Numbered from the stretch's first letter, positions 23,031 through 35,670 are shown. The stretch is 64,000 bases of DNA from Octopus vulgaris (GCA_951406725.2 OX597824.1:36208001-36272000); one strand, 5' to 3'. Numbers and translations: made by a program. The notes: generated by a model from the sequence alone, not told the origin.

Positions 23031-26000
23031 ATCATCATCATTGTTTGACCGTGGTCGAGACAATGGAATTTACTATGTTACGCCAGACTTCATGGTCCAT
23101 CATAGCATTACGGAGGTCCTGTTGCTGGATGCCTGTATCCCTGGAGATTACATCAGGGTAGGAGAGTGTGCGCCCTCTGGTATTGCGAGTAGATGGCTTC
23201 CAGAGGAGAAGAGTAGAAATTACTTCTTTTTCAGCTCTACAACAATGTCCAGCAAACTGGACTCTCCTACCTTTCACAAGGGATGACACAGGTGGTAGTT
23301 TCCCATATATTTGCATTTTGGTTGGATGGCGCTTCCACGAGAGATTTTGAGCTCTCATAAGGAGGCGAGTGTAGGTTCCTTCCAACCACCTCTCAAGCTT
23401 CTTTGATAACGTCCAGGTTTCTGAGCCATATAGTAGGATTGGTTCGACTGTGGCTTTGATTATTTCAAGTTTGAAGTCTCTACTTAGATTTGATGACCAG
23501 ATCTTATGCATGTCATTACAGGCTGACCAGGCCATACCCTTTCTAGTTAGAAAGTCTTTTCCAGATGATGATATGTATGACCCAAGATATTTATAATCAG
23601 AAACCATATTTAAAGGCGCACTGTTGAGAGTATGGATGATGCAATCACTGTTGGACAGGCACTTGTTTATGTATTCAGTTTTGGCCTCATTGAGGTAAAG
23701 ACCTACACAATTTGAGGCTTGTTCAAGAGATTGTAAAAGAGACTGGGCATTGGAGAGAGAATCACCGATAAGAGCGATGTCGTCAGCAAAGACAGTGTCT
23801 GTCAAGTACTCAGCTGGGTGTCTGGAACTTCTTCTTGGTTTTATTTCAAAGCCCTTGCCAGAGATGGTATCAACTGACATACGTAGCACATAATCAACAA
23901 CAATGATGAAAAGAAATGGGGTGAGTGTGTCTCCCTGCAGTATTCTGGCTTTGATTGAGAAAGATAATGTTTCTCCGTCAGGGGTTAAGATGGTTGAAGA
24001 TGTATCTGTGTAGAGGACCTTGATGGCAGAAATGATTTTGTCTGGTATCCCATAGAGCTTAAGGATTTCAAACATCTTATACCTATCTACAGAATTGAAC
24101 GCTTTAGAAAAGTCTACAAATACCATTGCAAGATCGCGATTAAATGCTTTTGATTCTTCAATAAGTCTGCGTAGGCATAGTATCTGGCTCAGCGTTGAGC
24201 GCCCATGTCTGAATCCATTTTGGTTCTTTCGGAGCAAAGGTTCAACAAAAAGGACAAGACGATTTAGGATCAGTTTGTTGTACAGTTTTGCAGCAATTGA
24301 CATTAGAGATATACCCCTGTAGTTGGTGACGAGGGATAAATCACCGTTTTTGGGTATTGGAATGATTTGAGATTGGTGCCAAATCTTTGGAGCGACAAAG
24401 GTGGAAAGTGTGTGGTTGCAGAGGTTGAGCAAAAGTGTGTGAAATCTATCATCCTTCCAAATTACAGCTGGGATGTTGTCGGGACCAAATGTTTTCGAGG
24501 CTTTTAGTTGCTTGGTGGCTGCTGTTAGTTCAAATATGGTAAAAGGGGAGGTGTTGATGTCCAGCATGTCTGATATAGGCACACTTGGAAGAGTGGGGTT
24601 ATCAGGGATTTTGGCATTCTTCCCAAGGAGGTTTTTAAAATGGGTTGACCAATTTTCTAAACGCTTCTTAGCTGATCCCCCTTTAATTCTAATTGATGAC
24701 CCAGAATTTTTGCCTGATAGGTCTTTGATGGATTTCCAGGCGAGATGGTGTTTTTTACTAATGTGCTCTTTGGATAGTTTACTAATTTTGCCATTGATAA
24801 ATTCGACCTCGGCGTTCAAGTAAGCCTCATCAAGATTCTTCTTGGCAGCTATGAGTTGGATCTTCAGTGACTGGGATGGAGAACGGTGGTAAGCTAGTGA
24901 TATAGACTTTAGATGGTTTCTGGCTTCGATGACATTTGGGGAATTAGAAGGTTTGCTCTGGCCCCTACTCTTCTTTTTGGGAAGAGTAGCCAGTGCAACT
25001 TCCTCTGTTGATTTGATGAGGCTGCTGTATACTTCTTCAATGTTCTCAGCATCTATTTCAGAAGTAGACAGAGATTGAAATGTGTTATAGACCTCAATAG
25101 TAAATTGTTTGGACATATCGGGGTTAGATAAGACTTCCTCCCAGTCGATCATTTTCATCGGGTGAGGCTTAGTTTTTTTGGATGAGCGAAGACTAAGCTT
25201 AATGGTAGCTGATACAATTCTGTGGTCAGAGCCGACAGAACTAAAGGAAGAGTAGGATCTCGAGTCTTTAACACTATTGCGCCACTTCTTTCGAAAGATG
25301 AGGTAGTCAATTTGTGCCCTATCACCAAGTGGGGACTCAAATGTCCAAAGTTGACCTTTTGGTTTCATAAAAGAATTGTTGGAGGTGTAGAGATTAAATT
25401 CCTCCAAGAAGTCTTTGAACATTTCTCCGTTCCGATTAGTTTTAGAGTTGAAAGTAAACTTGGTCTCATCGGGTCCTAGTCTAGCATTCAGATCACCAGC
25501 TATAACTAGAAAATTATGGAGAGGTACTTGCTCAATGGTTGAACGAAGGGTTGTATAAAAATTTTCAATCTCGTCTGCCACAGACGAATTATGTGGGCTA
25601 TACACACATACCAATGTTGTTTTTGGGTTTCCATCTATCTCAAGCACCATAATTCTAGGTGAGATTGACTCTATACTCAAGAGAGTGTCACTAGCTTTTG
25701 ATGAAAGTAGAAATCCGATACCTCCAACTGTTGAATTAACAGTATTCTTTGATGCTGAGGAGGTTACAAGTTGATAAGAACCGACTTGATGGTATTTGAG
25801 GATGTTGTCAGGGTGGTAAAATCGGTGTTCTTGGACAGCTATTATATCAATGCCATGTGATTCTGCATTTGCACCAAGTTCTTCTAGACGGCCAAGAGAG
25901 CCGAGGGTGTGGGCTTTGAGGGTGCTGAGTATCGTATGATTTTTACAGCTGATGAGGTGTTTGTTTGGTGTTGTTTGGTTGGGAGCTGACTCTTCTCCAT

Positions 26001-26387
26001 CAGGTGATACCCGTCTGTTAAGATTGAGGGCATCACCGTCAATGGATGCCCTTGGAGGTGCAACATGATCAGAGACAGGACCTGGCAAAGCAGGGGCTGG
26101 ACCTACATCCGCAGGTATACCATTAGGTCTGGTTCCCTGGGGAAGAGGAACCCTGGTGCAGTTAATTGTAAATTCTATAGTCTTTTCAAATGGCTAATAA
26201 TGTGTGCACGCGCCACTACTACACGCATTGGAAAGCATTGTACAACCAAGTACTAAAGAAGATCTTTCCTCCTCCATGAAACAAAGCTGTTCCCGCTGGA
26301 CGTCAACCAGTATTTCTAAGCTACGGACCGAGTGATTTATTGTAAGGTTATCTCCCTAGATAGATTGCCTTCACTATGGCTAAGGAG
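23031..26387 (-). mobile_element. Second near-full-length RTE/RTE-X-like LINE, a different family
   Basis: 1016-aa ORF; (TGA)n tail starts at the stop codon; 5' UTR of about 300 bp (5' boundary approximate). Confidence 0.9.
23038..26088 (-). CDS. LINE APE-RT polyprotein
   Basis: AVQEHR, VYSPH, GDLNA, QIDY, SDHR (APE); NYRGISL, QNGFR, DFSKAF, ILQGDTL, FADD, YKYLGS (RT). Confidence 0.95.
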   Translation of the reverse strand: MPGPVSDHVAPPRASIDGDALNLNRRVSPDGEESAPNQTTPNKHLISCKNHTILSTLKAHTLGSLGRLEELGANAESHGIDIIAVQEHRFYHPDNILKYHQVGSYQLVTSSASKNTVNSTVGGIGFLLSSKASDTLLSIESISPRIMVLEIDGNPKTTLVCVYSPHNSSVADEIENFYTTLRSTIEQVPLHNFLVIAGDLNARLGPDETKFTFNSKTNRNGEMFKDFLEEFNLYTSNNSFMKPKGQLWTFESPLGDRAQIDYLIFRKKWRNSVKDSRSYSSFSSVGSDHRIVSATIKLSLRSSKKTKPHPMKMIDWEEVLSNPDMSKQFTIEVYNTFQSLSTSEIDAENIEEVYSSLIKSTEEVALATLPKKKSRGQSKPSNSPNVIEARNHLKSISLAYHRSPSQSLKIQLIAAKKNLDEAYLNAEVEFINGKISKLSKEHISKKHHLAWKSIKDLSGKNSGSSIRIKGGSAKKRLENWSTHFKNLLGKNAKIPDNPTLPSVPISDMLDINTSPFTIFELTAATKQLKASKTFGPDNIPAVIWKDDRFHTLLLNLCNHTLSTFVAPKIWHQSQIIPIPKNGDLSLVTNYRGISLMSIAAKLYNKLILNRLVLFVEPLLRKNQNGFRHGRSTLSQILCLRRLIEESKAFNRDLAMVFVDFSKAFNSVDRYKMFEILKLYGIPDKIISAIKVLYTDTSSTILTPDGETLSFSIKARILQGDTLTPFLFIIVVDYVLRMSVDTISGKGFEIKPRRSSRHPAEYLTDTVFADDIALIGDSLSNAQSLLQSLEQASNCVGLYLNEAKTEYINKCLSNSDCIIHTLNSAPLNMVSDYKYLGSYISSSGKDFLTRKGMAWSACNDMHKIWSSNLSRDFKLEIIKATVEPILLYGSETWTLSKKLERWLEGTYTRLLMRAQNLSWKRHPTKMQIYGKLPPVSSLVKGRRVQFAGHCCRAEKEVISTLLLWKPSTRNTRGRTLSYPDVISRDTGIQQQDLRNAMMDHEVWRNIVNSIVSTTVKQ

Positions 26388-27889
26388 TTAAGATGGAAGA
26401 GAGTAAAGCAATCAAGGCTGAATTGAAAGTGCATTGTGACCAGTGGTGTACAACTGCATTTGATGTTCTTGATTCCGTGATAATTCTGTTTTAAATAAAA
26501 TGTGAAGAAACTCCTTTATGGCTGAGAACAAACCTGACCAATGAGACTGGTTTATTTCTTGCTTAGAATTACATATTCAGAATAGTTGTAGAGTAAACCA
26601 GGAACAACTGGCAGAGATTGTATGGGGTCAAAGCAGGGTTGCAAGGGTTAGAATTGGACTTTGATGGCTGTGATTGTGTCCAGGATTAAAACACTTAACT
26701 GCTGTGAGAGAAGTGAAACTAGTAGTAAAGAGGTGTTGTAAATAAGGGAAACTCCCTTCAATATATTAACGACTGTTCTCTTAGTCAGCAGCATTTAGGT
26801 AAAGTTTTTGTGTAGGCTTTACATGGGGGCAGGGATCAATTATTGAACTACATGTACCTTATACGGTGCAAGGACTGGCTTGTACTGAGGAATCAAACTT
26901 TGCTTGTGGTCATCCTTTGTGGCCCATGGTTTGCCATGTTGAAGGGAGACCAATGACCAAACTATTTAGTCTACTCTAGATTGTCTCCTTAGGAAGAGTC
27001 AGTGTGATCTGCCAAAGACCTAGACACATACATACATACATACCCACACACGCAATGATTCTACAAATCCTACAACTTCTTTTATTTGAAGGTTGTTACC
27101 TAAATGAGATACAATCTATTTTAAATCCACTGTCCATTTTGTGGCAGTATAGCTTTTCTTAAAGTTTAACACCATACAAAGTATAAAATAAGAAAAAGAT
27201 AGAATAAAATGGTAACAGATACAAAATTAAAAACTTCAAAATTATTGTATGATATTTATTGCAGTACTTAATACCACCTTAAGTAGTTTAACTTTCTTCC
27301 TGGTGGCCTTTTAGTTAAGTCACACTAAAGTAGGACAAATAACAAGAGGAGCATATTTCACTAAAAATTTACAATAGGAACGCAAATCATGGCTATAATA
27401 TTGAACCAGGGATAAAACTAGCTTTACATTACAGCTTCGGAATGCATAATGTTTGTCCAAATACCCCGTTATATATATTTGAATATTTAAAAATAAAGAA
27501 ATAGTCAGCAGGGCAGCAAGTGATACCCAATTTTTTTACTACCAAGGAATTACTTTATTTAAATGAATTTTCTCACAGGTTGGCAGTACCACAACCAACA
27601 CTATTTCATTTCCAATACATATTGATAAACTGAAGGGCGGCGAGTTGTAGGAAATCTGTGTAAAATGCTAAGCGGTATTTCGTCCGTCTTTACGATCTGA
27701 GTTTAGATTCCCCCGAGGTCCACTTTGCCATTCACCCTTTCGCGGGTCTATAAACTAAGTACCAGTTGCGCACTGGAATTGATATAATCGACTTATCTAC
27801 TCCTCCGAACTTGCTGGCTTTATGTTAAAATTTAAAATCAATATAAATAAACTGACATAAAAAAAGTCTTTCAAATCACTGAAATTAGT

Positions 27890-27979
27890 TTTATTTCTTC
27901 CATCATAAATATCAAAATCTCGTTCAAGCCTTCATTTGAAATCTCGCTCGTCTGCGTGATTTCGGACCAAATTGCCAAA
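27890..27979 (+). promoter_or_regulatory. Putative CNIH4 promoter/5' UTR
   Basis: Local CpG enrichment directly upstream of the ATG, which is in a good context (CAAAATGG). Confidence 0.45.
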
Positions 27980-28054
27980 ATGGTGTCGGACTCGCTTGTT
28001 TTTATCTTTGCTCTCCTCGATGACGCTCTTTTACTCTCGTTAACAGTTTATTTT
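27980..28054 (+). CDS. CNIH4: Cornichon homolog 4, exon 1
   Basis: MVSDSLVFIFALLDDALLLSLTVYF, followed by GTATCCTTT (U12-type donor). Confidence 0.9.
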
Positions 28055-30717
28055 GTATCCTTTTAAATACACACTTACGCTTTACTTCACATAGTTCCCT
28101 ATATCTGAAATTTCATTGTTTTAAAGTTTATTCTACGTTATTTTTAAAATTCGCCGAAGCTGCTGATATATTTCTGGTCGCACTTGTAAAAACATTCGGA
28201 GGAATCTTCAAATAGATCGATTATTTCGTAACTCCCTACTAATATTTTATATATATATGTATATATATATAATATTTTGTGATTGTTATATTGATGTTAA
28301 ATTTATTAACTTTTCATACTGTTTTATTTGTGTGTATTATTTTACATTGTATATAAGTTAATTGACGTATTCGTCGTAGAAATGTCAAGTTGTTTTTCAT
28401 ATAAACATTGTATGAATTGAGATTTAACACAGGTTTCCTACAACTGTTTTAATGATCTCGATTAAACAAAATCTTTCGTCTTGAATTGATTGTAACATTA
28501 TGTGCTTCCTATTTATTTAATCGTTAATTCCAAGGACCGAATGAAGAGTCGTATTGGGGATTCAGTTTCGTAAGAGAAAAAATCCGGTATTTGGTTTGTG
28601 TTCATGGAAAAGTAATTCTACTTGGCGGGAGAAACCGCTGTCAGGGTAAAATCACTTGCGATAGACTTGTGTCCTTTCTTATCACAACTGATATTAAGCT
28701 ACCCCTTCTTAAGTTCTTGGAAATATAAATTTTTAACCATTTTTAATGATTAATGGAAACTTATTCTATATTGATAATATGTGAATTTATTGCCTGTGTA
28801 AGCGCACTGCAAATTAAATCATTGTTTTTATTCTACAAAATGTTTAAAAGTTACTTTAGGCATACTAGTTGATTCCATTGAATTTTTTGCTTTCGGTGAC
28901 TAAAATAGATGCTGTATACCTTCACGCTCTCTAATGCTAGATCTTAGTGAACTCACTGAAAAATCAATTGTATATGCTTTCAAATATTGAAAAGCTTTGG
29001 CGTCCTTGTGTAAAATTATGCAATATTCTATATAATAGTTCCCCCTCCATATGCTATCCAAGCCTAACGTGCTTATAAACACTAACTAAAACGAGTAACA
29101 TAGTTCTAACTGCACCGAAACTAGACGAAAGCAAACTTAGTTGAAATTGTCATTTAGTTGTCAAACCTATATCCTGTATATCGAACCATCTTTAAGATAG
29201 TAGGGTGGTATTTGAAGAAGATTTGGTTACAGTTTCTTGTAGGGTGAGCTATTGTGTAAAGGCTTTCTCCCTCTAGTATTATCTCTAAATTATTTTAGAG
29301 TTCATAAGTTCTGTGATTTGTTATGTAGTTTTACTAAAAGTATGTAGACTGCACCATATCTACAAATTGAAGAACTGTCAGATATTTCTGCAAAGTGGTT
29401 AATTTGAGTGGTGAAGGAGGCACTAGCAAATCTAATCAAAACCACATTATTTTGGTTCCAGTGGCAATGCATGTACTAGAGTGTGAGGATACAGTGACTA
29501 ACCAGAAGTCAAACTAATGCGGATCAAATTTTTAAGATGTGATGACTCCATTATCTACTGAGACAATATTTTTCAGTTTAAGGACTTGACAGTTTGGAGT
29601 CAAAGTGTATAAAGTAACTAATCTATTGTTTGAAAACGAACTATTCTGCTTCCTTCATCACAGGGTATCCATAGAGTTGTCTCTAACTCCCTTATTCTAT
29701 CATTAATATGTGTCAAGACTCAAGACCCTTCTCCCACATTCAATGACAGATTTTTTTTTGGGGGGGGGGATACTACGCATACACATACACACGGAGTCTT
29801 TCTTGCATTGGCTCAACTTGTGGATCTATCAAGTCATTTTTATGCACAGCTATTGATTTCTTCAGATGTTCCAATGTATAGAACTAATGGAGGAAGGGTA
29901 TCTTGGTTGCAGTTCTAAGAAACAAAATTGTAAACACTTTAAAACAACTTGTAGCATCCATCATTTCCGACACGAACCCTCCTTGATGATGTACGATGTG
30001 TTCTTCACTTGTTCATTTTCATCTGTTTTCCAAGCCTGCTTGGGTTAGATAGATATATTGCTGGAGCCTCGTTATATAGCCGGATGCTCTTCCTGTCGCT
30101 AATTCTTAGCTGTTCGCACATCTGTGGTGGCTCAACCATACTGCCATATCATTTAATTACTTAAAGCTTACTTTAAAAAAGTAATAATTAAATGAAAGAA
30201 ACCATAACATTCAACAATGGAATTACCAATGCTGATTTTAACGTCTGCAATAGTCACAAATGAGTCGGCTGATGTAAACCGTAGAATTTCAAGCAAGATT
30301 TCTTCACTGTCAACAATGTACCGATCCATACATCTGCTTCAATATCTGCATAAAGTGTTTTTACAACTTCTGAAAATTGATAAAACTCTATTGCACGCTT
30401 ATTTAACTCCTTTCAAAACATGACATAGCAAATCGGATGTTACTTAGAAGTTATCTCGTTGTAAAAACGAAATATTTTAATGAATCTATTTAAATAAGGT
30501 ATCCACCACAAGGAGTGAAGTTTTGAAAGCAATATTTTTTGTTTTGTTAAAGATACTACACATTCATAATTTTACACCTATATGCCACAAAAGACTTCAA
30601 AATCTGTCTCAAAGATCAACCGCTGAACCGTCTTCAGTTTATATATTTGTCCATTATTTTGCTGTTGATACCTATGTATGTAGAATATTTTGGCTGTTAT
30701 TTCTCCTTCATTGTCAG
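28055..30717 (+). other. U12-type (minor spliceosome) GT-AG intron of CNIH4
   Basis: Donor GTATCCTTT is a perfect U12 consensus; the 3' end is TTTCTCCTTCATTGTCAG, with a TCCTTAAC-like branch site close to the AG. Confidence 0.8.
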
Positions 30718-30786
30718 GTTATCACACTCTCAGATTTAGAATGTGATTATTTAAATGCAAGATCGTGTTGTGGAAAATTAAACAAG
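30718..30786 (+). CDS. CNIH4: CNIH4 exon 2
   Basis: [23 protein letters not shown]|gtaagt; cornichon signature. Confidence 0.97.
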
Positions 30787-31716
30787 GTAAGTCATATAGA
30801 TTTTACGAAGTGAAACTATTTCGATTTGTTCTTTTGTTAGGTTGCAAAATGAGTTTAGTCGAAAGTTATCTCCCCTGCCTCAGTACCCGTTTGCTTTCAA
30901 TCAAGTCGAATAAGAATTTCGCGAAAAAATTGAAATTTACTTTCTTAATCAAAACTTTTTATGCTTAATTTCTCAAGCGTAACAATATTTCATTTGTAAG
31001 TATCGTCATACTTGTGGCACCATATGGTAGAGTTTAAGAGTAGCACCACATTGTTATTGTAGAATTTATGTGAAAGTGTCTCCAACAATTTTTCTCTTAA
31101 ACAGCTTCAGTTTGCTGCTGTTATTTTACGCAGAGAAAAAAATTTATCCAAATACATTTGAAGAATTTTATTTCAGTTGATTTCCAGTGAAATTTGTTAA
31201 GATTTAGGCTCAACAGAGTTAACTATACATCTCGTGAGGAGCTGTTCTTGAAGTATCTTGTTTTAATATTTTAATGAATTTAATCTGTCATGGTCGAGAT
31301 CTTTTGTGAAGTGGAGATCTAATAACAGCCAGGATTTTATCCTGTTTGTAAATCCAAATTTACTGAAGGCAGGTATATGCTGTATGCATGCGTTTGATAC
31401 ATTTTCTAGCTTAACTAAAAAGTTCATCCTGTGAAGAGCTATTTATTTCTTTCCAGAAACCAGATTGACCAAGAACAACATTTAATACCTGTTGATCTAT
31501 CACTTCTTTTGATGTTTATCTTACCACGACTCTGTTGAATGTATCAATGCAATATTTGGTGTATTATTGATTTCCCTATCATTGATGATTTTATTGCATA
31601 AGAATGTTATGATTTGATTACTGCTACAGAGCTGTAATTTTATGTACATATTATGTGACAAGATGTCAGTATTATCAAAATATGAATTTATTAAATATAT
31701 TGTAAACTAAACTTCC

Positions 31717-32155
31717 TTTGTTATTTTTCAGGTTGGTCTTTTTTTTTTGTTTTTTGCCAAATAAACACACACTATATGTTTGTTGTTCTTCAGCTTTATT
31801 ATTGTTCTTATTTTTAGTGTCCTTTGTCTAAAATCTTTCATCACATGTCCTGTGAGCTCTTCAGTGACTCTCCATCCCACGTGTTTCCTTCTGTTCTATT
31901 TAATGAAAGATTTCAAACAGAACAGAAGGAGACACATGGGATGAAGAATCACTGAAGAGGTCACAGGATGTGATGAAAGATTTCAGACAAGGGACACTAA
32001 AATAAAAGCAATAATAAAGCTGAAATGGAGAACAACTATATAGTGTTTGTGTGTTTATTTAACAAAAAAATAAAAATAAAAATGACCGTCCCAAAATATA
32101 ACAATATCTGTTTCAACTCACGATTTCACAACAAGAATCTTGTAAAACAAATACA
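31717..32155. mobile_element. Palindromic insertion with two hammerhead-like motifs (related copies at ~17440..17720 and ~44920..45305)
   Basis: Inverted arms centred near 31910; CTGAAGA-g-gtcaca..tgtgat-GAAA-GATTT(C/T) in each arm; 15-bp direct repeats at 31708..31722 and 32156..32170. Confidence 0.65.
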
Positions 32156-32182
32156 TAAACTTTCTTTGTTTTTCTTCTTTAG

Positions 32183-32295
32183 TGGGTGTTACCAGAAATA
32201 GTTGCCCATGGCTTGGTATCATTCAGTTTAATAATCTCTGGCCACTGGATTTTATTTTGTCTCTATTCTGCAATGACTGCTTGGGTGATTTACAC
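32183..32295 (+). CDS. CNIH4: CNIH4 exon 3
   Basis: ttag|WVLPEIVAHGLVSFSLIISGHWILFCLYSAMTAWVIY(T)|gtgag; 113 nt. Confidence 0.95.
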
Positions 32296-33269
32296 GTGAG
32301 ATATCTTTTTCACTTTTTCCCATTTGTACAACTTGAACATGAATGCTTCTACAGTTTAACCTATTGTCATGTATCTTTCATAAGTTCCTTTGTATATTTT
32401 GTATTTATATTAGTTTATTATATTTACCATGAAACTTCCTTGTCCCATTTAAACTGAATCTGGCCAATATTTATGTCTTTCATCTGTATATTTTCAGAGG
32501 TAAATAAACTATTTATAAAGGATGGCTTATATATATTTATACATGCATCCACATTTCTTCAAGATTATCTCTAAGTGGAGGCAGTTTGGATGGATATGAA
32601 GGTAGTGAGGGGTGTTGTGGGCTCTGGCCTTCAATCAAACAGTATAAAAGCATACACAATTCTTATCATCATCATCATCATCGTTTAACGTCCGTTTTCC
32701 ATGCTAGCATGGGTTGGACAGTTTGACCGGGATCTGGGAAGCCAGACGGCTGCACCAGGCTCCAGTCTAATCTGGCAGTGTTTCTACAGCTGGATGCCTT
32801 TCCTAATGCCAACCACTCCGTGAGTGTTGTGGGTGCTTTTTACGTGCCACCAGCACAGGTGCCAGGCGAGGCTGGTAACGGCCACGATCGGTTGGTGCTT
32901 TTTACGTGCCACTGGCACAGAAGCCAGTCAAGGCGGCACTGGCATCGGCCACGTCTGGATGGTGCTTTTTACGAGCCACCGGCACAGGGATCACAACTAA
33001 AATTTCCATTGATTTTTTTTATGTTGATGTACTTGACTTAATCGGTCTCCTCAAGCACAGGGTCGAAACAGTGTTTCTTTACTTGCCACCTGCACAGGAG
33101 TCAGTCCAGCGGCACTGGCAACTGCCGGGTTACTTGTAAAGTATTAATTAAATTTCTTGAAAGTATATCAGTTGATTGAGGTGAATTGGATGATTATTGA
33201 ATTAATTTGTATGCTCCCAAAGTTTGCTTTGATTATACAAAAACTTTCAAGTTATCTTGATTACACTAT

Positions 33270-33755
33270 TCTATATTTTTGAGGCAAGTAATTATGTATA
33301 TTATTTACAATGGATGAATAGGTGTCCTAGCCTTATTTGTTATCACAATGTTTCGGCTGATGTATTCTCCAGCCTTCATCAGGTGTTCTGGTGGAATTTC
33401 AAACCCAACCCTTTATTTGACTAATGGGGTACACCATTCTCATTCCTAAGGTATGTTGCTGATGTTATTTTTCTATTGATATTATATGCCTTTGGGCATA
33501 TAGCATAGTGGATAAGAGCGTAGGCTACTAACCCTCAGATTCTAAGTTCAATCCCAAGCAGGGACTTGAAAAAGAAAGTAATAACAACAGAAAAGTAACA
33601 TCAGCAACATACCTTAGGAATGAGAATGGTGTACCCCATTAGTTGAATGAAAGGTTGGATTTGAAATTCCACCAGAACACCTGATGAAGGCTGGAGAGTA
33701 CATCAGCTGAAACAACAAACAATGTGAGGACACCTATCCGTCCATTGTAAATAAT
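33270..33755. mobile_element. Palindromic Penelope-derived insertion: tRNA-like head plus a hammerhead in each arm
   Basis: Arms 33300..~33470 and ~33590..33755; HHR motifs at 33342..33387(-) and 33676..33713(+); A/B boxes at 33501..33554; 16-bp direct repeats at 33254 and 33754. Confidence 0.7.
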
Positions 33756-34183
33756 CTTGATTATACTATAATATTTATATTCTTAACTAAGGTGGCAAGC
33801 TGGCAGAATCACTAGCACGCTGGGTAAAATGCTTAGTGGCATTTCATCCATCTTTACATTCTGGGTTTGAATTCTGCAGAGGTTGATTTTTGCCTTTCAT
33901 CCTTATGGGGTCAATAAAATTAGTACCACTTGAATACTAAGGGTTGATGTAATCAACTTAACCCTTCACCTGAACTTGCTGACCTTTGAAACCAATATTT
34001 ATATTCTTAACTGAGTGCAAGTAAGATTAAACATGTTAAAAGTACATTATTATTTTAAATGTCTTTTATCTCTATCAATAAAAAAAATGATTACCTCTGT
34101 TCTGACACCCCTATCTTATTAATTATCTTAATATCATTTCTTATAAGCTACATTAATTTTAATCTGTTTCTATGAACTTCTCC

Positions 34184-34411
34184 TTAACCCTTTCATTACC
34201 GTATTTATTTTGAGATGCTTTGTGTTTCTTTCTATTATTTTATATATAACAAAGAATTTAGTAAAATAACTTGGTTATCATTCAGCTAGTGTTAGGAACA
34301 TAAGTTGTGATCAAGGTTTGTGGAAGATTTTAATTCAAAACTTATGAAAACAAGACATTTGTACTACAGAGTCAGAGCCGGTTTCAGCCGGGCTGGTAAT
34401 GAAAGGGCTAA
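34184..34411. mobile_element. piggyBac-type MITE, second family (also 59672..59879; related 34445..34895 and ~52390..52615)
   Basis: TTAA-CCCTTTCATTACC...GGTAATGAAAGGG; the 59672 copy has TTAA on both sides. Confidence 0.8.
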
Positions 34412-34964
34412 AAAGGAGTTATTTCTCTCACAAATGCTATCAATTCTTTTGATATCAACCCACTTAAAGCCTTGCTTGGTTCTATGATACAAATTCCCCG
34501 TCTTAAAGTGATCTGAATTAAAATTTCCCATTTAAAATTTCATGTTAATATATATTACAAGCACCAGCTTATTAACCCTTTAGTGTTTAAACTGGCCAAA
34601 TCCGGCCCAATATATTCTACATGTTTTATATTCAAACTGGCGATATCTAGCCTCTCACTCCTAACCTACAATGCCATTCTGAAAATAAGTAATCACATCA
34701 TTGAAACCTCAAAGCAATAAGATAATGCATGATTAATTCAAAACAATTTGAATGAAAAAGTATTACATTTAACAGAGTGTTCTGAACACTAAAGGGTTAA
34801 TGACAAAGTTATTCCAATAAATTCTTTAATTGCTTTTCAAACGAATTGAAATAAGGCAGTGTATCTCACCATAACTAGAGTAACAAAAGGTTTAATCTCT
34901 AATATTGGAACTGAACTCCTCATCCTTCAGTGTTTGATTTCAAAAAATATTTTCTCAATTTCAG

Positions 34965-35105
34965 ATTTGTTAGCATACCTTCTGGAAATATTGGAATGTA
35001 TGATCCAGCCGAAATTCACAACAGACAGCAACTTAAGAACTGCATGAGAGAATGTCTTATAAAATTAGTGTTTCATTTAGTTTTCTTTTTCGTCTTCCTG
35101 TATAA
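34965..35105 (+). CDS. CNIH4: CNIH4 exon 4
   Basis: [46 protein letters not shown]; 141 nt with AG/GT boundaries. Confidence 0.97.
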
Positions 35106-35670
35106 GTGAGTATCATTTTCTTCTTAATCATGGGTCCTGACCCTCTGTTATTTTGTCTTAAAATATTCTCTATGAAAGCATTAATGCAAACCTGATTTAC
35201 TAAAAGAACATTTTCATTTTACTTTTGCTTATTTAAAAAAATATTTTGGGAAAGTTGTGACTGCTTAATTCTTTATGTCCTGTCATGAGTGTGTGACAAA
35301 GATGTCTCCCCATGACTCATTTTACTTCGCTCTAATATTTAGTGTCATTGATAGGTGCATTTTACTGCTATATAGAACAAGGAAAATGCACAATTAATGT
35401 ACATATACGGTGCTTGCTATTCAAGGAAGAGACATCTCTTCAACACCTTGAAAAATTGGATATACACTTGTACATTACTCATACCTTTTACTTGTGGAGT
35501 CTGACTAAAAGAACAAAAAAGCAATTTCACGATGTCTGAAAATCATTTATACATAGGCACAAGCGTGGCTGTGTGCTAAGAAGCTTGCTTCCCAACCTCA
35601 TGGTTCCAGGTTCAGTCCCACTGCATGACATCTTGAGCAAATGTCTTCTACTATAGCCTCAGGCCAATCA

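Noticed and set aside
31134-31371. Possible poison exon in CNIH4 intron 2
   Set aside because: Only AG and GT motifs, with a weak donor and no other support
33494-33565. Functional tRNA genes in SINE or PLE heads (also 37128, 38219, 17292)
   Set aside because: Acceptor stems are incomplete and the heads run into repeat bodies
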